Shown here piece by piece: positions 53,495-63,433 of a DNA stretch of 64,000 nt (position 1 is its first letter; each line of letters starts with the position of its first letter). The translations under genes were made by a program, and so were the position numbers. Location of the stretch: assembly GCA_001941075.1 (NCBI GenBank), contig MSHH01000006.1, forward strand, positions 20,062-84,061. Direction: 5' to 3'. The DNA is from Oscillospiraceae bacterium Zagget6. Lineage in GTDB: Bacteria > Bacillota > Clostridia > Oscillospirales > Oscillospiraceae. The notes under the pieces were generated by a model. That model did no database searches. It saw nothing but the letters and a program-made list of their open reading frames with translations, and was not told the DNA's origin.

Positions 53495-54493
53495 ATGTCG
53501 CTGAAACAAATTGCCGAGATGGTGGGAACCTCCGTCTCCACCGTCTCCCGCGTTCTCAACAGTTCCTCGCCCAAATGCGCCTCGAAGGAGTTGCAGGAGC
53601 GCATCTGGACGGCGGCCCACGAAATTGGCTATCGCCCCAACGAGGCCGCCCGTGCGTTACAGGGCGGCGGGACAAAAAAAGGCACGGAGACGCCTCTGCG
53701 GGTCACCGTGCTGATGGCTCGATTCCAAAAGGTGGAGTCGGACCCCTTTTTTGAAGATTTGCTGCACTGCCTGAAAACAGAGCTATATGCCCAGGGCGCG
53801 CTGCTGCACCAGGTCGTTTACGATGGGGAAGGGCTGGAGGCAGAGGTGGCCGCCTCCAACGGGGTCATTGTGCTGGGGCGCTGCTCCCATTCTCTGCTGG
53901 AGCGGCTCCAGCAGCAGAACCGGAACCTGGTGGGCATCTGGCGCAATACGATGGACTTTGCGGTAGATGAGGTGGTCTGCGACGGCAAAAAGGCGGCGGA
54001 GCTGGCGATGGAGCATCTGATCGGGCTGGGCCACCGTAGCATCGCCTACATCGGGGACTGCTCCTTTGAGAGCCGCTATGTGGGTTATTGCAGCAGCCTC
54101 ATTCAGCACGACATCCCCATGAACTATGGTCTTATCAAATCCACCAACCAGACCTTTGCCCAGGGCCGTCAGGCCATTTTGGACCTTTTAGCGGGGGAGA
54201 ACGCCTTTTCCGCTGTGTTCTGCGCCAACGACATCACCGCTGTCAGCGTCCTCCAGACGCTAAACGAGCAGAAGCGGCGCGTTGACCGCCCCATCTCGGT
54301 CATTTCCATTGACGACATCGAAGGGCTGTGGGACCGGGAACCGGCGTTGACCACCGTTCACATCCCACGGCAGGAGATGGCGCATATGGCGGTGCAAACG
54401 CTGTTGGACCGCATCCGCCGGGGACATCAGGAGACCGTGCGCATTGAATTCCCCTGCAAAATCATCCAGCGGGAGAGCTGTTTCCGGCTCTGA
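53495..54493 (+). CDS. LacI-family transcriptional regulator
   Basis: SLKQIAEMVGTSVSTVSRVLN HTH; FCAND, LTTV. Confidence 0.93.
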   Translation: MSLKQIAEMVGTSVSTVSRVLNSSSPKCASKELQERIWTAAHEIGYRPNEAARALQGGGTKKGTETPLRVTVLMARFQKVESDPFFEDLLHCLKTELYAQGALLHQVVYDGEGLEAEVAASNGVIVLGRCSHSLLERLQQQNRNLVGIWRNTMDFAVDEVVCDGKKAAELAMEHLIGLGHRSIAYIGDCSFESRYVGYCSSLIQHDIPMNYGLIKSTNQTFAQGRQAILDLLAGENAFSAVFCANDITAVSVLQTLNEQKRRVDRPISVISIDDIEGLWDREPALTTVHIPRQEMAHMAVQTLLDRIRRGHQETVRIEFPCKIIQRESCFRL

Positions 54494-54642
54494 CCTGAGC
54501 GTTTTACAGGACGGATACGGACGGCGCGTATCAAAAAAGGTTCCCTCATAATGCCTGCGGAATCAACCGAATGGCGATGGATTCCGCAGGCGAAAACCGT
54601 GCGATTTCTGGAAACGCAGCCCTTGTTCTTTTGGGATTTTCG

Positions 54643-56079
54643 TTACAATTCCGCGAGCTTTTTGTTCAGCGTCTGGCTGACCACCTTGGGGTCTCCCTTG
54701 CCCTTGAGGGCTTTCATACACTGGCCCATCAGGAAGCCGGAGGCTTTCTTTTTGCCCGCCTTGTAGTCCGCGACGGACTGAGGGTTGGCGGCGAGAACAT
54801 CGCTGACCACCTGTTCCACCAGGCCCGTGTCGTTGACCTGCTCCAGACCGTGGGCCTTCACATAGGCGTCGATGTCGCCGTTGTCGTCGAACACGGCCCG
54901 GAACACCTTGACGGCGGTGTTGCGGTTCAGCTTGCCCTGGCGCACCAGGTCGATGAGGTGGGCCAGCGCCTCCGGCGCGAACACCACCTGCTTGATGTCC
55001 AGGCTCTTTTCCTTCAGCTCCCGCAGCACCTCGCCCTGAATCCAGTCGCTGGCCTGCTTGGGGGCGGCGCCCGCCGCCACCGTGTCCTCAAAGTAGGCGG
55101 CCATGGCGCGGGTGTCGGTGAGCAGAGCTGCGTCCTTCTCGGAGAGGCCCCACTCCCGCTGGTAGCGCTCCCGCTTGGCGGGGGCCATCTCCGGCATGGA
55201 GGCCCGGAGGCTGTCCAGATAGCTGTCCGTCAGCTCCATGGGCGGGATGTCCGGCTCCGGGAAATACCGGTAGTCCTGGGCGTTCTCCTTGGAGCGCATG
55301 GAGATGGTGGCGTCCTTGTTGTCGTCCCAGCGGCGGGTCTCCTGAATGACCCGCTTGTGGTCCATCTCGATGAGTTCTTCCTGCCGCCGGGCCTCGTATG
55401 CGATAGCGCGGGAGATGGCCTTGAAGGAGTTCAGGTTCTTCATCTCGGTGCGGGTGCCCAGTTCCGTGCTGCCCTGAGGCCGGACGGAGAGGTTCACGTC
55501 GCAGCGGAGAGACCCCTCCTGCATTTTGCAGTCGGAGACGCCCAGATATTCCAGCGTAGAGCGCAGCTTCTCCAGGTAGGCGATGACCTCGTCCCCGGAG
55601 CGGAAGTCCGGCTCGGTGACAATCTCGATCAGCGGCACACCGCAGCGGTTGTAGTCCGCTCTGGTCTGGTCGATCCAGTTGTCGTGGACCAGCTTGCCCG
55701 CGTCCTCCTCCATGTGCAGCTCGTGGATGCGAATGACCTTCTCCTCGCTGCCCACCTGAATGGGCACCTTGCCGTTGCGTCCGATGGGCAGGTACAGCTG
55801 GGACACCTGGTAGGCTTTGGGCAGGTCGGGGTAAAAGTAGTTCTTCCGGTCAAATTTGCAGTACTGCGTCACGTCGCAGTTCAGGGCCAGAGATGCCTTG
55901 GCAGCATATTCCAGCACCTTTTTGTTCATCACCGGCAGGCTCCCCGGCATACCGGTGCAGACCGGGCAGACGTGGGTGTTGGGGTCGCCGCCAAAGGCGG
56001 TGGTGCAGGAGCAGAAAATTTTGGTTTTCGTGGCCAGCTCCACATGGGTCTCCAGGCCAATTACCACTTCCCAGTTCAT
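54643..56079 (-). CDS. gatB: Asp/Glu-tRNA amidotransferase subunit B
   Basis: IGLETH, RKNYFYPD, EEDAGK, YRYFPEPD. Confidence 0.96.
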   Translation of the reverse strand: MNWEVVIGLETHVELATKTKIFCSCTTAFGGDPNTHVCPVCTGMPGSLPVMNKKVLEYAAKASLALNCDVTQYCKFDRKNYFYPDLPKAYQVSQLYLPIGRNGKVPIQVGSEEKVIRIHELHMEEDAGKLVHDNWIDQTRADYNRCGVPLIEIVTEPDFRSGDEVIAYLEKLRSTLEYLGVSDCKMQEGSLRCDVNLSVRPQGSTELGTRTEMKNLNSFKAISRAIAYEARRQEELIEMDHKRVIQETRRWDDNKDATISMRSKENAQDYRYFPEPDIPPMELTDSYLDSLRASMPEMAPAKRERYQREWGLSEKDAALLTDTRAMAAYFEDTVAAGAAPKQASDWIQGEVLRELKEKSLDIKQVVFAPEALAHLIDLVRQGKLNRNTAVKVFRAVFDDNGDIDAYVKAHGLEQVNDTGLVEQVVSDVLAANPQSVADYKAGKKKASGFLMGQCMKALKGKGDPKVVSQTLNKKLAEL

Positions 56080-57548
56080 TCCTTCGCACCTCCCACAGGG
56101 GTTTTCTGATGATAGTTCGTGTCCTGCTGGTAGGCGTAAGCCGCGTCCAGCACCTTCTGCTCGCCCAGGGCGGGGCCGATGAGCTGCGCGCCGATGGGCA
56201 GGCCGTTTTTGTCCAGGCCGCAGGGCATGGAGAGGCCCGGCAGCCCCGCCAGGTTGACGGAGACGGTGTAAATGTCGCTGAGGTACATTTGCAGGGGGTT
56301 GGACAGGCTCTCCCCCAGCTTGGGCGCGGTGGTGGGGGCCACCGGCATCAAAATCAGGTCGTATTTGGAGAAGGCATCGTCAAAGGCGTTCTTGATGACC
56401 GCCTTCACCTGAAGGGCCTTGTTGTAGTAGGCGTCGTAGTAGCCGGTGGAAAGGACGAAGGTCCCCAGCAAAATCCGCCGCTTGACCTCGTTGCCGAAGC
56501 CCTCGGTGCGGGTCTTGTTGTAGAGGTCGGTCAGATCCTCGTAGTTCTCCGCCCGCCAGCCGTATTTCACGCCGTCGAACCGGGACAGGTTGGAGCTGGC
56601 CTCCGCCGCCGCGATGATATAGTAGGTGGGCACCACGTACTCCATGATGGGCAGCCGGAACTCCTCGATTTCCGCCCCACGCTCTTTCAGCACGTCAGCC
56701 ACGGACAGGACGGCGGCGCGAACCTCCGGGTCCAGGCCATCCCCGAAGCAGTCCACGGGGATGCCGATCTTCTTGCCAGTCAGGTCGGCGGAGAGGTTCT
56801 CCAGCAGGTGGCCGCAGGGGGCCTCCAGGGAGGTGCCGTCCCGGGGGTCTTTCCCCATGATGAGGTCCAGCACGGCGGCGCAGTCCTCCGCAGAGCGGGC
56901 CAGAGGGCCGATTTGATCCAGAGAGGAGGCGTAAGCGATGAGGCCGTACCGGGAGACGGTGCCGTAGGTGGGTTTCATGCCGGTGACGCCGCAGTAGGAG
57001 GCGGGCTGGCGGATGGAGCCGCCGGTGTCGGAGCCGAGGGCGTACCAGCACTCCCGGTTGGCCACCGCCGCCGCCGCGCCGCCGGAGGAACCGCCGGGGA
57101 CGTGGCCCAGATTCCAGGGGTTCTTCGTAGGGCCATAGAAGGAGGTCTCAGTGGTGGACCCCATGGCAAATTCGTCCATGTTCAGCTTGCCCAGGTTGAC
57201 GGAACCGGCCCTTTGCAGCCGCTCCATCACCGTGGCCTGGTAGGGGGGCTTGAAGTCCCCTAAAATCTTGGAGGCGCAGGTGGTCTTGACCCCCAGGGTG
57301 CAGATGTTGTCCTTGATGGCGGCGGGGACCCCGGCCAGCGGGCCGGACAGCTCCCCGGCCCGGAGTTTGGCCTGCACCTGCTCGGCCTCCCGCAGCGCAT
57401 CCTCCTCCAAAACGGTAATGAAGGCGTTGTTGTCGGAGTTGGCGGCGGCGATGGCGTCCAGCGCCGTCCGGGTGGCCTCCCTGACGCTGACCTCATCGGC
57501 GGCGATGAGCCGCCCCAGCTCCAGGGCGGAATAGTCCAATAAACTCAT
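56076..57548 (-). CDS. gatA: Asp/Glu-tRNA amidotransferase subunit A
   Basis: IKDN, GGSSGG, GSDTGGSIRQP, RFDG. Confidence 0.96.
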   Translation of the reverse strand: MSLLDYSALELGRLIAADEVSVREATRTALDAIAAANSDNNAFITVLEEDALREAEQVQAKLRAGELSGPLAGVPAAIKDNICTLGVKTTCASKILGDFKPPYQATVMERLQRAGSVNLGKLNMDEFAMGSTTETSFYGPTKNPWNLGHVPGGSSGGAAAAVANRECWYALGSDTGGSIRQPASYCGVTGMKPTYGTVSRYGLIAYASSLDQIGPLARSAEDCAAVLDLIMGKDPRDGTSLEAPCGHLLENLSADLTGKKIGIPVDCFGDGLDPEVRAAVLSVADVLKERGAEIEEFRLPIMEYVVPTYYIIAAAEASSNLSRFDGVKYGWRAENYEDLTDLYNKTRTEGFGNEVKRRILLGTFVLSTGYYDAYYNKALQVKAVIKNAFDDAFSKYDLILMPVAPTTAPKLGESLSNPLQMYLSDIYTVSVNLAGLPGLSMPCGLDKNGLPIGAQLIGPALGEQKVLDAAYAYQQDTNYHQKTPVGGAKE

Positions 57549-57561
57549 GTGGCGCTCCTCC

Positions 57562-57849
57562 TCAGTCTACGGTTTTGGGGACCAAAAAGGCCGTGTCGTC
57601 GTGGGCGGGGGCGTTGGAGAGCAGGGCGGCGCGGCCACCGAAGTCCTCCACCACGTCCTCCCGCAGTACGTTCTTCACCGGGAAGGTGTGGCTCATCGGC
57701 TCGATGTCGCTGGTGTCCAGCCGGTTGAGGATGTCCATATAGCCGATGATCTGCTCCAGCTCCCCGGCCATTTTGACCTTCTCCTCCTCCGGCAGCTTGA
57801 GGCGGGAGAGGACGGAGACATAATCCACCAGTTCTGTGGTAATTTTCAT
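57562..57849 (-). CDS. gatC: Asp/Glu-tRNA amidotransferase subunit C
   Basis: LSRL, LRED, FxVPK; position before gatA. Confidence 0.93.
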   Translation of the reverse strand: MKITTELVDYVSVLSRLKLPEEEKVKMAGELEQIIGYMDILNRLDTSDIEPMSHTFPVKNVLREDVVEDFGGRAALLSNAPAHDDTAFLVPKTVD

Positions 57850-57867
57850 AAAAACGGCTCCTTTCCG

Positions 57868-59190
57868 TTATGGCTCCAGCCGGGACAGGTCTCTGGGGAA
57901 CAGGCTGGCGTAGCGGACGTTGTCCAGCCCGCAGAGCTTCATGGTCAGCCGCTCCAGGCCGATGCCCAGGCCGCCGTGGGGCGGCATACCGTGCTTGTGG
58001 ATCATCAGGTAGCTCTGGAACTCGTCGGGGTTCATCCGCTTGGCCTTCATCTTAGCCACCTGCTGGTCGTAGTCGTGGATGCGCTGACCGCCGGTGGTGA
58101 CCTCCATGCCCCGGAACAGCAGGTCGAAGGAGAGGGTGTACCGGGGGTCTTCGGGGTCGTCCATGGCGTAGAAGGGGCGCTTCTTCACGGGATAGTGGGT
58201 GACAAAGACGAAGTCCGCGTCGAACTCCTCCTTAAAGTAGCGGCCAATGTTGACCTCCTCCTCCGGCTCCAGGTCGTAGGGGTCCCGAATGGGCCGGTGG
58301 TACTTCTCCGCCGCCAGCCGCTTGGCCTCGTCGAACCGGCAGACGGGGATCTGGTCTACCTGGGGCAGCTCCACGCCCAGCCGGTTCAGGTCGGCGCTGT
58401 ACTCCTCCGCCAGCAGCTTCATCGCCCGCTTCAGGAAGCCTGCCTCCATCTCCATCACGTCCTGGAAGGACTCGATATACCCCATCTCCAGGTCCAGGCC
58501 GATATACTCGTTCAAGTGGCGGGTGGTGTTGTGCTTCTCGGCGCGGAACACCGGGCCGATTTCGTAGACCCGCTCGAACACGCCCACCATCATCTGCTTG
58601 TAGAACTGGGGGGACTGGGCCAAAAACGCCTTGCGGTTGAAGTACTCCATGCGGAAGATGTTGGAGCCGCCCTCCGCTCCGGCGTGGACGATTTTGGGGG
58701 TGTGAATTTCGGTGAAGCCGTGCTCGTTCAGGTGGTCCCGGAAGGCCCGGCACAGCCCCTCCTCGATTTTGAACACGCTGCGGCGTTTCAGGTTCCGCAG
58801 CACCACCGGGCGCAGGGGCAGCTCAGTGTCCATGTTCAGCTTGAGCTTGTATTTGTTCACCGGGACGGGCATGGGGGCTGCCGGGGTGGTCAGAATCCGA
58901 AAAGACTCCACCGCCAGCTCGTACCCGCCGGGGGCGCGCTCGTCGGCGCGCACCAGACCGATGAGCACCACGGTACACTCCTCCTGGAGGCCGCTCAGGT
59001 CCAGGTCGCCGTCGCAGACGCATTGCAGCGCCCCGTCCCGCATCCGCAGGGTCAGGAAGGTCATGCCGCCCATGGGCCGCAGGGCGTGGACCGCGCCGTG
59101 GACGGTCACGTTCTCCCCCAGGTGACTGCCGTCCAGCACCTGGGCGCAGGTCAGGTCGCTTCGCTCCAGCTTGCCGCTGAGAAATTCCAT
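57868..59190 (-). CDS. aspS: Short, non-discriminating-type aspartyl-tRNA synthetase
   Basis: ~440 aa; LAQSPQ, FRAE, GGQRIH, PPHGG..GLER; heads the gatCAB operon. Confidence 0.9.
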   Translation of the reverse strand: MEFLSGKLERSDLTCAQVLDGSHLGENVTVHGAVHALRPMGGMTFLTLRMRDGALQCVCDGDLDLSGLQEECTVVLIGLVRADERAPGGYELAVESFRILTTPAAPMPVPVNKYKLKLNMDTELPLRPVVLRNLKRRSVFKIEEGLCRAFRDHLNEHGFTEIHTPKIVHAGAEGGSNIFRMEYFNRKAFLAQSPQFYKQMMVGVFERVYEIGPVFRAEKHNTTRHLNEYIGLDLEMGYIESFQDVMEMEAGFLKRAMKLLAEEYSADLNRLGVELPQVDQIPVCRFDEAKRLAAEKYHRPIRDPYDLEPEEEVNIGRYFKEEFDADFVFVTHYPVKKRPFYAMDDPEDPRYTLSFDLLFRGMEVTTGGQRIHDYDQQVAKMKAKRMNPDEFQSYLMIHKHGMPPHGGLGIGLERLTMKLCGLDNVRYASLFPRDLSRLEP

Positions 59191-59254
59191 AATCACACAC
59201 ATCCTTTTTCGGTTCCAGGGAGGTACGCTCCCGGTTTGGCTGGTTATCAGGCAG

Positions 59255-59522
59255 CAAAAACGCCCCGGACCATCGAAAAAACGATAGTCCGGGGCGGAAC
59301 AGTTCACATTCCGCGGTACCACCCGCGTTTGCATCTCCCCATTGAGCTGCCTCTCTCATTCCCTTAACGCGGGAAAACGGACGGCCCTACCCTTCCCGGT
59401 GGAAGCTCGAACCGTCGGCTCCGGAGTGTTGCGCGGTCCCCCTGCCAGCTGACCGGGCTTTCAGCCAGTGACCCGGTCTCTCTGCTGCGGCGCCAGGGCG
59501 CGGTCTCCTTCACAGCGTTTGA
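59255..59522 (-). promoter_or_regulatory. T-box riboswitch with AAC (Asn) specifier
   Basis: Minus strand stem I with AGAGA and GCUGA loops, specifier AAC (59428-59430), T-box GGUGGUACCGCG, terminator gccccggac...gtccggggcg + T tail. Confidence 0.9.
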
Positions 59523-59663
59523 ACAGTTTTTATTCTAGCGGCTTTTGCCCGCCCTGTCAAGGTCATTTTGCATAATTTCAAGTTCAAACTTGCATGATAA
59601 TTGTACAGACAGAGGCGCGGGGCAGGGGAGAGGGGGCGAAAAGGACCGGTCGGGTGGCTGTTT

Positions 59664-60098
59664 TTACCCTTGGTCAGCCGCTCCGACAATGCCGCGAATC
59701 TTCGCCATGGTGCTCATGGTGGTCTCTAAATCCGTCTGGGGAATGGTGCGGACCACCTTCTCGTAGGCGTTGGACAGCCACTGGCGCTGGCTGTCCATCA
59801 GCCCTTTGGCCCGGCTGGTCAGGCTGACGTAGGTGCGCTCCCGCTTCTCGTCGGTCTCCCAGAGGACAAAGCCCTTTTCCGCCAGGGCGCGGATAGATTT
59901 GGAGGCCACGGAGACGGTTACGTTCATCTCCGCCGCCAGGTCGGAGAGGTAGACCCTGCCGCTGTCGTCCTCCGCGCCGCAGTGCTGGATGTGGTAGAGC
60001 CAGAAGGAATCCGTCTGGTCGAGGAAGGCAAAGACCTGCTCCACGCTGAGTCGGTTCAGAAAAAAATCTTCTCCCAAATTGATTTGATATTCCGCCAT
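59664..60098 (-). CDS. MarR-family winged-helix regulator
   Basis: VYLSDLA...SKSIRALAEKGFV...RTYVSLT. Confidence 0.8.
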   Translation of the reverse strand: MAEYQINLGEDFFLNRLSVEQVFAFLDQTDSFWLYHIQHCGAEDDSGRVYLSDLAAEMNVTVSVASKSIRALAEKGFVLWETDEKRERTYVSLTSRAKGLMDSQRQWLSNAYEKVVRTIPQTDLETTMSTMAKIRGIVGAADQG

Positions 60099-60099
60099 T

Positions 60100-61449
60100 T
60101 CACCGCTCCTCTCTTGGGATATACTCCTTGTACGTGACCAAACTCTTGTAGGCCGGGCGGATGATCTTGTCCGCGCTGACCAGCTCCTCGATGCGGTGGG
60201 CGCTCCAGCCCACGATGCGGGCGGTGGCGAACAGCGGGGTGTACAGCTCCCGGGGGATGCCCAGCATATCGTAGACAAAGCCGCTGTAGAAGTCCACGTT
60301 GGGACTGACGCCTTTGTAAATGCGCCGCTCCTGGGCGATGACCTGGGGGGCCAGCCGCTCGATGTTGTTGTAGAGCTGCAAATCGGTCTCCCGGCCCTTC
60401 GCCACAGCCAGCCGCTCCACGTAGCCCTTGAAAATGCGCTCTCTGGGGTCGGAGAGGGAGTAGACGGCGTGGCCCATGCCGTAAATCAAGCCCTTGCGGT
60501 CAAAGGCTTCCTTGTGGAGCAGCTTGCGCAGGTAGGCGGTGATCTCCTCGTCGTCCCCGAAGTCGGAGATGTGCTGGCGGGCGTCATCCATCATGTTCAT
60601 GACCATCAGGTTGGCGCCGCCGTGCTTGGGGCCTTTCAGGGAGGACATGGCCGCGGCAATGGCGGAGTAGGTGTCCGCGCCGGAGGAGGTCACCACGCGG
60701 GTGGTGAAGGTGGAGTTGTTGCCGCCGCCATGTTCCATGTGCAGCAGCAGGGCCACGTCCAGTACCTGGGCCTCCAGGGTGGTGAAGTTCATGTCGGGCC
60801 GGAGCATCCGCAAAAAATTCTCTGCGATGGAGAGAGACTCGTCCGCCCGGTGGATGTACATGCTCTCGTCGTTGTCGTAGTGGTTGTGGGCGTGGTAGCC
60901 GTACACCGCCATCATGGGGAAGGTGGCGATGAGCTGGAGGCACTGGCGCAGCACGTTGTCGATGGAGAGGTCGTCCTTCCGCTCGTCGTAGGAGGCCAGG
61001 GTCAGGATACTCCGGGTCATGGAGTTCATGATGTCCGGGCCGGGGGCCTTCATGATGACATCGCGGGTGAAGTTGGTGGGCAGGCGCATACAGTCCGCCA
61101 GCACCTGCTGGAAGTCCAGCAGCTCCTGCTTGTCCGGCAGCTGGCCGAACAGCAGCAGGTAGGCCGCCTCCTCAAAGAGATACCGCTTGCCGATGCCGCC
61201 GCTGACCAGGTCCCGCACGTCATAGCCCCGGTAGAGCAGCTGTCCGTCGCAGGGGACCTGCACCCCGTCCACGTTGTCGAAGGCTTTCGCCTCGGAGATG
61301 TTGGTCAGGCCGGTGAGCACGCCCTTGCCGTTTTCGTCCCGCAGGCCCTTCTTGACGCTGTATTCGGTGTATAAGTCCTTGTGAATGTAGCCGCTCTGCT
61401 GGCAGAGGGACTGCTTTTGGTGGGTGTAATCGTAAATGCTGTGTATCAT
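60100..61449 (-). CDS. gltA: Citrate synthase
   Basis: EHGGGNNST, GPKHGGAN, GMGHAVY, PNVDFYSG. Confidence 0.92.
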   Translation of the reverse strand: MIHSIYDYTHQKQSLCQQSGYIHKDLYTEYSVKKGLRDENGKGVLTGLTNISEAKAFDNVDGVQVPCDGQLLYRGYDVRDLVSGGIGKRYLFEEAAYLLLFGQLPDKQELLDFQQVLADCMRLPTNFTRDVIMKAPGPDIMNSMTRSILTLASYDERKDDLSIDNVLRQCLQLIATFPMMAVYGYHAHNHYDNDESMYIHRADESLSIAENFLRMLRPDMNFTTLEAQVLDVALLLHMEHGGGNNSTFTTRVVTSSGADTYSAIAAAMSSLKGPKHGGANLMVMNMMDDARQHISDFGDDEEITAYLRKLLHKEAFDRKGLIYGMGHAVYSLSDPRERIFKGYVERLAVAKGRETDLQLYNNIERLAPQVIAQERRIYKGVSPNVDFYSGFVYDMLGIPRELYTPLFATARIVGWSAHRIEELVSADKIIRPAYKSLVTYKEYIPREER

Positions 61450-61459
61450 ATTCCATTCC

Positions 61460-61987
61460 TCATCTCATCGGTTCTTTTCGTCCTGCCCTGCCCAATACTT
61501 CCTTTGCGAATTGTCTGGCCCGGTCCAAGTCGGCGGCGTCGGGGTGGCCCACGGATTGTTGCTGTTGGGCCTCCATCGCCTCTACCATTTGCGGCGAGAC
61601 AGACGCCTCCTGCTCCCGCAGTTCCTTCAGAAAGGACGGGGCAATGGCCCCCTGGCAGCAGAAAAAGCCCAGGTCGATGTAGTTGTCGGGCATCCACACG
61701 TCGATGTTGTGCCGGACGCGCTGCTGATATGCCTCGTCTCCCATGCCGCAGGTGGCGAAAACTGCCAGCCGCTTGCCCTCCAGCTTCTCCAGCGCGTCGG
61801 CCACGTCCATGGGGCAGCTGCCCCGGTTCACCGGGAAGCCCAGAAAGACCAGGCCGGGGTCCTCTGTGCCGTCGTAGTCCTCCACCGGCTCGATGAGCTT
61901 GGAGTGGCCAGGAAGAACGTCAAAAATCGCCTCCGCCACCTTTTCCGTGTTGCCGGTCCTGCTGGAATACAAAACAAGAAATTCCAT
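61460..61987 (-). CDS. Flavodoxin-family protein
   Basis: YSSRTGNT, FATCG, GHPD. Confidence 0.85.
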   Translation of the reverse strand: MEFLVLYSSRTGNTEKVAEAIFDVLPGHSKLIEPVEDYDGTEDPGLVFLGFPVNRGSCPMDVADALEKLEGKRLAVFATCGMGDEAYQQRVRHNIDVWMPDNYIDLGFFCCQGAIAPSFLKELREQEASVSPQMVEAMEAQQQQSVGHPDAADLDRARQFAKEVLGRAGRKEPMR

Positions 61988-62125
61988 AATGTGCCTCCTG
62001 GCGCGCTGCGCAAGATGAAGTTGCTGCCGGGGACGAACTGTTTCGCCCTTCGATTCATAGTTGGTTCACATTGTTCACAAGTAAACTATTTGTAAAAAGG
62101 AAAACGCCCAGGCGTAAAGCGGGGC

Positions 62126-62563
62126 TTATCCCTCCGCCAGGGCGAGGCTGATGTTGTCCGACATTTTCTGGGCCACCTGGAGCAGAACGCAGACCTCCTC
62201 CTGGGGGATGTTCCGAACCGCCAGCGCCCAGCACTCCGCGTAGACGGCCTGCATCTCCAGGGCAGCGTCGATGGCGCTCTGCCGCAGCTGGATGTGGAAC
62301 ACCCGCCGGTCCTGGGGGTCCTCCCACAGGGAAATGAAGCCGCCGCTTTTCAGGTGGTCCAGAGACTGGGAGACGTGGGCCTTGGAGACGTGGAGCCGGT
62401 TCATGAGGTCCTTCGCGGTGTCGAGACCCGGATTGGCGTGGAGCAGAAGCAGGATGTTCAGTTCCACCGGGCGCAGGCGGTATTTGCGCTGAGCCGGTTC
62501 CAATTTTTTGGAAATCAGTTTTTTTAGCTGCGTTCCAGACGCAATGATGCCGGTGGTATCCAT
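62126..62563 (-). CDS. MarR-family regulator
   Basis: SKAHVSQSL, DxxDRR motif. Confidence 0.88.
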   Translation of the reverse strand: MDTTGIIASGTQLKKLISKKLEPAQRKYRLRPVELNILLLLHANPGLDTAKDLMNRLHVSKAHVSQSLDHLKSGGFISLWEDPQDRRVFHIQLRQSAIDAALEMQAVYAECWALAVRNIPQEEVCVLLQVAQKMSDNISLALAEG

Positions 62564-62690
62564 CGTATCCCTCTTTGTTTACCCGTGAACTGTGAAAAAC
62601 ATATTTTATCGGCCCCGCAGAGGCAAGTCAAGGCAGATTTTGTGAACATTCCGCGCAGGACGAGTAATTTAACCGTTTTTTTCAACGATT

Positions 62691-63377
62691 TTACCCCCAT
62701 TTGATGGGAGATACGCCATTTTCAGACAAAAAGGCGTTGACCTGGCTGAACGGGCGGCTGCCGAAGAAGCCCCGGCTGGCGGAGAGGGGAGAGGGGTGAT
62801 TGCTGCGCAGCACCAGCCGGGGATAGGGGGAGCGCTCCGGCGCGATGAGCGCCCCTTTGCTCTGGGCCTCCCGGCCCCAGAGGACAAAGGCGATGGGACG
62901 GGGGTGGTCCTCCAGCGCCTGGAGCAGCCGGGTGGTGAAGGTCTGCCAGCCCCATTTTTTGTGGCTGTTGGGGGCGCTGTCGTAGACGGTGAGGACGTTG
63001 TTCAGCAACAGCACCCCCTCCTCCGCCCAGGGCGTCAGGTCGTTCCCCGGCAGGTCTGCCCCCAGGTCGGCGCGCAGTTCCTTGCCGATGTTTCGCAGGG
63101 AGGGAGGCGTCTTGGTTCCCGGCAGCACGGAGAAGGCCAGACCGTGGGCCTGCCCCGGCTGATGGTAGGGGTCCTGCCCCACGATGACGCACTTCACCCG
63201 GTCAGGCGGCGTCAGCCGCAGAGCGGTGAACAGCTGGGCCTGGGGCGGGTACACCGCAGGCTCCCCCTGGGCGTAAGCCGCCTCCACCTGCTGGAACAGG
63301 GCGCGGCACCAGGGTTCCTCCGCCATGGTTTCCACAGTCCCCCGCCAGTCTCCCAAATCGCAGTCCAATACGCGCAT
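62691..63377 (-). CDS. ung: Uracil-DNA glycosylase
   Basis: GQDPYH, PPSL, GVLLLN, HPSPLS. Confidence 0.96.
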   Translation of the reverse strand: MRVLDCDLGDWRGTVETMAEEPWCRALFQQVEAAYAQGEPAVYPPQAQLFTALRLTPPDRVKCVIVGQDPYHQPGQAHGLAFSVLPGTKTPPSLRNIGKELRADLGADLPGNDLTPWAEEGVLLLNNVLTVYDSAPNSHKKWGWQTFTTRLLQALEDHPRPIAFVLWGREAQSKGALIAPERSPYPRLVLRSNHPSPLSASRGFFGSRPFSQVNAFLSENGVSPIKWG

Positions 63378-63433
63378 AGAAATCTTTCCTTTCGGCTCGT
63401 TTTATGCTATCATTGTACCATGAGGTGAGACAG

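Noticed and set aside
59191-59334. N-terminal extension of aspS
   Set aside because: Falls within the T-box antiterminator/terminator; real start is ATG 59190
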